Of a stretch of DNA of 29,170 nucleotides, positions 23,990 to 29,170 are shown one piece after another (the first letter of the stretch is position 1; each line of letters begins with the position of its first letter). The translations under genes and the position numbers were made by a program. Below the pieces are notes generated by a model. It did not search any database and was not told where the DNA came from. It saw nothing but the letters and a program-made list of their open reading frames with translations. The stretch is taken from positions 1 to 29,170 of IMG/VR virus record IMGVR_UViG_3300046003_005477. One strand, written 5' to 3'. This stretch comes from a virus (taxonomy: Duplodnaviria; Caudoviricetes).

Positions 23990-26900
23990 ATGGATGATGA
24001 AATTTTCCGCCAGAAAGGGCCAGGCGTTGCGCGTGGCGAAGCCGTCGATGCGAATCCGAGTGAACGGAGTGGTGGCGGAGGGTCCGGCACACCGATTTGG
24101 AAGTCGTTTATCACCAATGAATCCATCAACAAGCGGGACCGCGTAGCGATTGCCAACGAGCAGCGGGCGATCGCATCGAAGGACAACGAATCTTCCGCTC
24201 CCCACGAAACATGGGGAGGCGACAATGGCCGCCTACTGAGAAAAACCCGCAACGGCATCGAGCAGTTCGACGCGGAACTCTACACGGAAGATCCGAACGT
24301 CGGCGGATTCGCTCGCAAGAGTCTGTTTGACCGCGAGAAACGCACGGCGGCCGCCGAATACGACTCGCACGCTTTGCGGTTGGAAGATCCGGCGTTCAAG
24401 GCGAAGCAGTTGAGCAAGAAGGCTCGGGAGGACATCGAGCTGGAGGGTTCCGTGCTGGCGGAGACCGATCCTCGACACAAGCAGCTCAAGGCCCAACTCG
24501 TCGCCGACGACGAATACCGCGCCGAGCGCGCCGACTTGGAGCAGCGGAAATACGACGCCAAGGTCAAGGCGACGAATCTTGGCAACACCGACCATGAATC
24601 ATGGTGGTCAAGCCGCGAGGCACCTGCCCCGGTTGATCCGGTGCAGACCGCCGTTGCTCAGCGTGATGAAGCCGACGCCGCCGATCAGTCGGCGATGGAG
24701 GAAGAGAAAGCGTTAGGTCAGGAATTAGCTGGTGGAGTTCCCGCCGCTCGCTTGCAGGAAATTCAGGCGCGTCAGGCGGAAATCTCTCAAGCCCGCGCAG
24801 TGGCCGGCGAGAAGAAGGTGGAGGCGGGGCAGGCGATTGAGGGGGTGAAGGCCGCAGCGGAAAAAGAGAAGCCGTTTTTTGGAATGGGCGATACCGTTTC
24901 AGGCATTTGGGATGCGGTTAAAGGGCTTGGTGTCACTGCCCCTGCTGCATTTTACCAGTTAGTCGAGGGGATGGAACGCCCCGACACTTACTCTGAATCC
25001 GCCAAAGCCGCGTTCGCCGAGGCGGATGCGTTCAACAAGGAGATGCAGGCAAAGACCGCGGCGAATCAAGCGGCGGGAACAAGTTCATCGGTGGGTGAAA
25101 GTTTCCGCGAAGCTGGTCAAAGCCTTGGTTTCACGGCTGGAAGCATGGCCGCAGCAATTCCCGCTTCTATCGCCGGGGCAAAAGCGGGTGCCGCAACTGG
25201 CGCAAGTATTGCCGCAATCGCTGGCTTTGCCGGACCCCAAGCCGCAACTCCCGAAGAAATTGTAACCGTCCCCGTTGGTGCTGGCCTTGGCGGCCTTATT
25301 GGTGGCGGTGCCGCTGCTATGGCCGCGTCTGGAACAGCGGCCTATCGCATGGCCGGGGCGTCGTTCCTCAACGAATCATTCCAAGCCCTTGAAGCGGAGT
25401 CCATGCGTAAGAGCGGGCGGGCGATGAACGAGGAGGAAAAGCAATCGGCATACGAGTCTCTAATGCCTATCGCGCAGAATACCGCGCTTTGGGAAGCTGG
25501 CCCCGAGGCGGTCGGCAACGCCGTTTCTCTTGGCGCTGGTAAAATCATATTTGGGTTAGGTAAGCCACTCATGGCAAAATTCATGGCAACTGCTGGCGGA
25601 AAAATCGCCACAAAAGCCGGAGCTGCCGGAGCAGCGCTTGGAACCGAGCTTGCCACGGAAACCATCACGCAGGTTGAGCAATCCGCCGACCAACAGAAAA
25701 TGCAAGAAGTCGTTGCTGGACGTGATCCAAGCACGGTTTCCGCCAACTGGTCTGCTGGAGGCGTTGTCGAGGCGTTCAAAGAAGTTGCACCACAAACCCT
25801 TGCCCTCATGGGCTTAATGGGTGGTGCTGGCGGCGCTGTCAAAATTGCATCCAAGGGAGTTGATGCACTCAAAAGCACCAACGAAGGAGACGCAGCAGTC
25901 AAAGCGACAACCACAGCCCTCCGCGCCATCGACCCCGAAGCCCCCGCACCATCGGCGGATGAAGTGGTCAGTGCCGCGAGCATCGTGAATCCGAACCGTG
26001 GATTTGAAGGATTTGCCGAAGGCGTCCGGATGGAACGGGCGATGAAGATCATTTCGACGGAAGACGACGCATCGCTTGCTGCCGCTGAGGAGGCGCTGAC
26101 AGCCGCCAAGGCGTCAGGTGACACGAATGCAGTCACGCTCGCCGAAGAGGGCAAGGCGAAGGTGCAGGGACGAGCCGAGGGCGTCCGGGCGGTTCTAAAG
26201 ATCGCCGCTGGCAAGCGGTTGGAAGATTTGACTAAAGCCGAGCTGGCATCGCTTGGATTCAACGAGGGGGAAAAGGGAAAAACTCCCACCCCGATGTCCG
26301 ACGAGGAGCTGGCGAAAGTCGGGTTGGATGATATTCAGGTCACGTTGAGGGAAGATCCGGAGACGGAAGCCGTCGATCTAATCATCAGAGACGCCGCCAT
26401 CAAGCGGGTGACATCCATCCTCCCCGCCGCCGCCAACTTCGTCACGAACGAAGAGACGGCGATTGCAGGCGCGCAGAAGCGGAGGACTGAGGCGGCCGAG
26501 GCCGCGAAGGCCGCGAAGATTTCCGGGCAAGCCCCGGCACAACTTTCCACGGAGCAGCAGAATGGTGAGCAGGGAGATCCTGCTACGGGTTTGCAATTCC
26601 CCTTAGAAACAAATGCGCCCGTGGAAACATTTTTTGACGTGCCGGTCCGCACTGGTCCGCCCGTCCGAGTTCAGGCGAATTCGCCGCAGGAGGCTGAACT
26701 AGCCGTCGCTGGCATGTTCGCCCCGCATGAAAACGGCGTGTTGCCGAATCAGGCGGTGGCTGTCGCACCCGCCGTAACCGGAACTGAAAATGGAATACCA
26801 AATCAACCTGCCCCCCCTGCCGCCGGAGTCGCCGGAGGAAATGAAGTCCCGAATCCGGCAGCGGGAGTTCAGCCGTTGGTGGAGGGAGGTCCAGCGACTC

Positions 26901-29170
26901 CGCTCGTGGCCGATCCCGGCGTCGGAGTTCCAGGTGGAGGAGGATTAGCGTCTCCGCTCGCCGTCGGCCAGACGATCGTTCACGGAGGCATTCCGCGTGT
27001 AATCGCTGACATCATCCCTCACCCTTCAACGGGTTCACCCGTCGTTTCATTTACAGAGAACCCGCAAAGCTACGTTTTCCCAGAACCTCAATCCAATGAG
27101 CAGAACCCGCAAGCCCCACCCCCGCAAGCACAAGTGCCGATGCCATCGGTGCCAGTTGGGACGCCGACACCCGCGAACGCTGGCATTGCTGGCGGCAGCG
27201 CGCCGATTGCTGGGACTCCCCAAGCGCAAGTGCAAGGTGCGGTAGCTTCGCCCGAGGCACAAGCGATCGAAGAAAGGTATCAATCGTCTCTTCGCCTTGC
27301 CGACTCATGGGCAAAAAACGATCCAGAAAAAGCAGGGAAGATGCGCAAGGCTGCGGGAATGATCCGGGCCGCTGAAGTGCGAAAATTAACTGGCAATCTC
27401 ACAGGCAAAGAGCAACAGGCGAAAGCCAAGCGCGAGGCGTCAAATTACACTGGCAAGCCAGTTGTTGTTGGAGGCCAAACAGGGAAAGTCGCAAAAACCG
27501 CGTTTGGAAAAGTGGTTGTGGCGTTTGACAACGGAGAGACGCGATCCGTAAATCCTGATGAGATTTTCGACGCTCCCGCCACCCCCAAACCCGCCGCCGT
27601 TGCCAAAGCCCGCACCATCATCGCCGAACATCGTTCCGGTGTTCTGAAAGCCCTCACCCCCGAAATCCTCAGTGTCGCGCAAGAGACAGGAATGCCCGTC
27701 ACCAACAAAACGACGCTGGATGAAGTTGTTTCCCACCTCGACGCGAAGTTCCCGACGGTGAAAATCGAGGACATTCCAAAGCCGACGGTGGCCAAGGTTT
27801 CCAAGCTCGTCACCGAGACGCTGGGCGCGTGGAAGAAGAATCCCGCCATCAATTCAGTTCTCAAGCTCGACACGAAATTCACCGCCAAGGCGGAAACCGT
27901 TGAAGGCTCCGGCGTTCACTTGAATCCTCAGTTGTTGGTGCAAGAGATCGCCACGGCGGGACTCTCTGACACCGACGCGAAGGTCTGGCTCGACCGCGTT
28001 CTATTCGAGGAGCTTCACCACTTGTCGCAGCTCCAGACGTTCCGTGAAATCTATCTGCGTCAGGTAAAGGCGAAGGAAACGAAGCTCTCGTTCGAGAAAT
28101 GGCGTGAAGCCTACTCGAAAACTCTGATTCAAGAGTTCAAGAGCATAAAGTTCCTTGAGACTAATGAAAACGGCGACACCGTAGAAGTGAGTCTCTACGA
28201 AAAGGCCGTTGACGCCTATGGCGTGACGCTGAAAGCAAAAGGCACCCCCGCATGGATTCAAGTCTCCGAGATCAACCGGATGATCTTGCAAGACATGATG
28301 ACCGGTAATCCGACCGAGGCGACCAAGGCCGCGTTGGGAGTGAAGGAAATCCGAGACTTCATCAATCAAGCCCTCGAATCCCTCAAGGCGTTCGTCGCGG
28401 AGTTCCGTGCGGATTCATCAAACTTCTCCAAAGACCTGATCGAAAACATGGATCGGGTCGAAGAACTGCTAAAACAATATGGAATCACCAACGTCACAGA
28501 CCAAAACCAATCACGCCCAAGAACTCCAAAAGCTGATTCAGCTCAGCCCGCTCAAAGCAAGCCGAGTGTTGGAACTAGCATCACGCCCGCACAAGGGGGC
28601 GATAGCAGCCCTAGTGGGAATGGCGGGACTCAGCAGGCATCAAGCAACGGCGCTGGTTCACCATTACAGCCAGGTCAAAGGGTAGAGTTTGAGCATAAGG
28701 GAATCGCTGGAACTGGCGTGGTTCGTCTGGCGTCGAAAGAAGCGGTTTCGATTTATCCTGACAGCAATCCGGGCGCGGCGATTCTGGTTCCGGTGGGTAG
28801 CGTGAGATCGGTCGTCGCCCCTCTCGCGGACACCCCGCAAACCCCGGCTGCGGAGAAATCCCCGGTGGCTCTCACGCCCGAGGAAGAAAGTCAGAAAGCT
28901 TACACGAAGCTGAAGAGCTCCGTGGCAAAAGCTCAACGCTCCGAAAAATGGAGTGAAGTGGTTTCTCTGATCGACCAAGCTGAAAAAGACTTCACCGGCA
29001 CAAACGGATTTTCTGACCAATGGCAAAACTTCGAGCGTTACCGTGAAGACGCGCAGGAAAAACTCACGCCAAGATCGTTTGTTACGCCAATACTCAAGCC
29101 TTATGTGCCGTCCGCGCCCGCCCTCACCCCCGACGAGCAAGCCCTAAAAGACGCATTCTCCGACATGTCC
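23990..29170 (+). CDS. giant putative virion/ejection (polyvalent-type) protein, 3'-truncated by the window
   Basis: ATG at 23990 (MDDEIFRQKG...) is in the same frame as the last codons of the window, giving >1700 aa; absent from the ORF track, consistent with no stop; Gly/Ala hydrophobic segment, SH3-like modules, FEELHH motif. Confidence 0.8.
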   Translation, partial: MDDEIFRQKGPGVARGEAVDANPSERSGGGGSGTPIWKSFITNESINKRDRVAIANEQRAIASKDNESSAPHETWGGDNGRLLRKTRNGIEQFDAELYTEDPNVGGFARKSLFDREKRTAAAEYDSHALRLEDPAFKAKQLSKKAREDIELEGSVLAETDPRHKQLKAQLVADDEYRAERADLEQRKYDAKVKATNLGNTDHESWWSSREAPAPVDPVQTAVAQRDEADAADQSAMEEEKALGQELAGGVPAARLQEIQARQAEISQARAVAGEKKVEAGQAIEGVKAAAEKEKPFFGMGDTVSGIWDAVKGLGVTAPAAFYQLVEGMERPDTYSESAKAAFAEADAFNKEMQAKTAANQAAGTSSSVGESFREAGQSLGFTAGSMAAAIPASIAGAKAGAATGASIAAIAGFAGPQAATPEEIVTVPVGAGLGGLIGGGAAAMAASGTAAYRMAGASFLNESFQALEAESMRKSGRAMNEEEKQSAYESLMPIAQNTALWEAGPEAVGNAVSLGAGKIIFGLGKPLMAKFMATAGGKIATKAGAAGAALGTELATETITQVEQSADQQKMQEVVAGRDPSTVSANWSAGGVVEAFKEVAPQTLALMGLMGGAGGAVKIASKGVDALKSTNEGDAAVKATTTALRAIDPEAPAPSADEVVSAASIVNPNRGFEGFAEGVRMERAMKIISTEDDASLAAAEEALTAAKASGDTNAVTLAEEGKAKVQGRAEGVRAVLKIAAGKRLEDLTKAELASLGFNEGEKGKTPTPMSDEELAKVGLDDIQVTLREDPETEAVDLIIRDAAIKRVTSILPAAANFVTNEETAIAGAQKRRTEAAEAAKAAKISGQAPAQLSTEQQNGEQGDPATGLQFPLETNAPVETFFDVPVRTGPPVRVQANSPQEAELAVAGMFAPHENGVLPNQAVAVAPAVTGTENGIPNQPAPPAAGVAGGNEVPNPAAGVQPLVEGGPATPLVADPGVGVPGGGGLASPLAVGQTIVHGGIPRVIADIIPHPSTGSPVVSFTENPQSYVFPEPQSNEQNPQAPPPQAQVPMPSVPVGTPTPANAGIAGGSAPIAGTPQAQVQGAVASPEAQAIEERYQSSLRLADSWAKNDPEKAGKMRKAAGMIRAAEVRKLTGNLTGKEQQAKAKREASNYTGKPVVVGGQTGKVAKTAFGKVVVAFDNGETRSVNPDEIFDAPATPKPAAVAKARTIIAEHRSGVLKALTPEILSVAQETGMPVTNKTTLDEVVSHLDAKFPTVKIEDIPKPTVAKVSKLVTETLGAWKKNPAINSVLKLDTKFTAKAETVEGSGVHLNPQLLVQEIATAGLSDTDAKVWLDRVLFEELHHLSQLQTFREIYLRQVKAKETKLSFEKWREAYSKTLIQEFKSIKFLETNENGDTVEVSLYEKAVDAYGVTLKAKGTPAWIQVSEINRMILQDMMTGNPTEATKAALGVKEIRDFINQALESLKAFVAEFRADSSNFSKDLIENMDRVEELLKQYGITNVTDQNQSRPRTPKADSAQPAQSKPSVGTSITPAQGGDSSPSGNGGTQQASSNGAGSPLQPGQRVEFEHKGIAGTGVVRLASKEAVSIYPDSNPGAAILVPVGSVRSVVAPLADTPQTPAAEKSPVALTPEEESQKAYTKLKSSVAKAQRSEKWSEVVSLIDQAEKDFTGTNGFSDQWQNFERYREDAQEKLTPRSFVTPILKPYVPSAPALTPDEQALKDAFSDMS

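Noticed and set aside
24233-29140. The many minus-strand ORFs in the last 5 kb
   Set aside because: They are antisense shadows of the giant plus-strand gene

Overview
This window looks like part of a temperate tailed-phage genome with an intact attP, so it is probably virion or excised DNA. The host cannot be determined from the sequence. Left to right: a leftward early operon (SMC/Rad50-like ATPase, DUF669 SSB-like protein, Sak4/AAA_24 ATPase, MarR, T5orf172-like protein); a divergent switch of two ribbon-helix-helix genes; a tyrosine integrase with a tmRNA-type attP; an integron region; a DnaB-N/RepA-type helicase and an iteron cluster; terS and terL; a tRNA/tmRNA cluster; and virion genes, ending in a giant ORF that runs off the window. 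The main find is a phage-borne integron of unusual design. One IntI-like integrase (8450-9415) appears to serve two attI-like sites (about 9464 on +, about 17496 on -). These head two oppositely oriented arrays of 9 and 2 attC cassettes that flank the replication module. Most cassette genes run antisense to the attC sites and start inside their own attC. They take their C-terminus and stop codon from the neighbouring att site. Every such ORF crosses the G|TT crossover in the same frame (AAC = Asn), so shuffling cassettes would always give an intact, translationally coupled operon.
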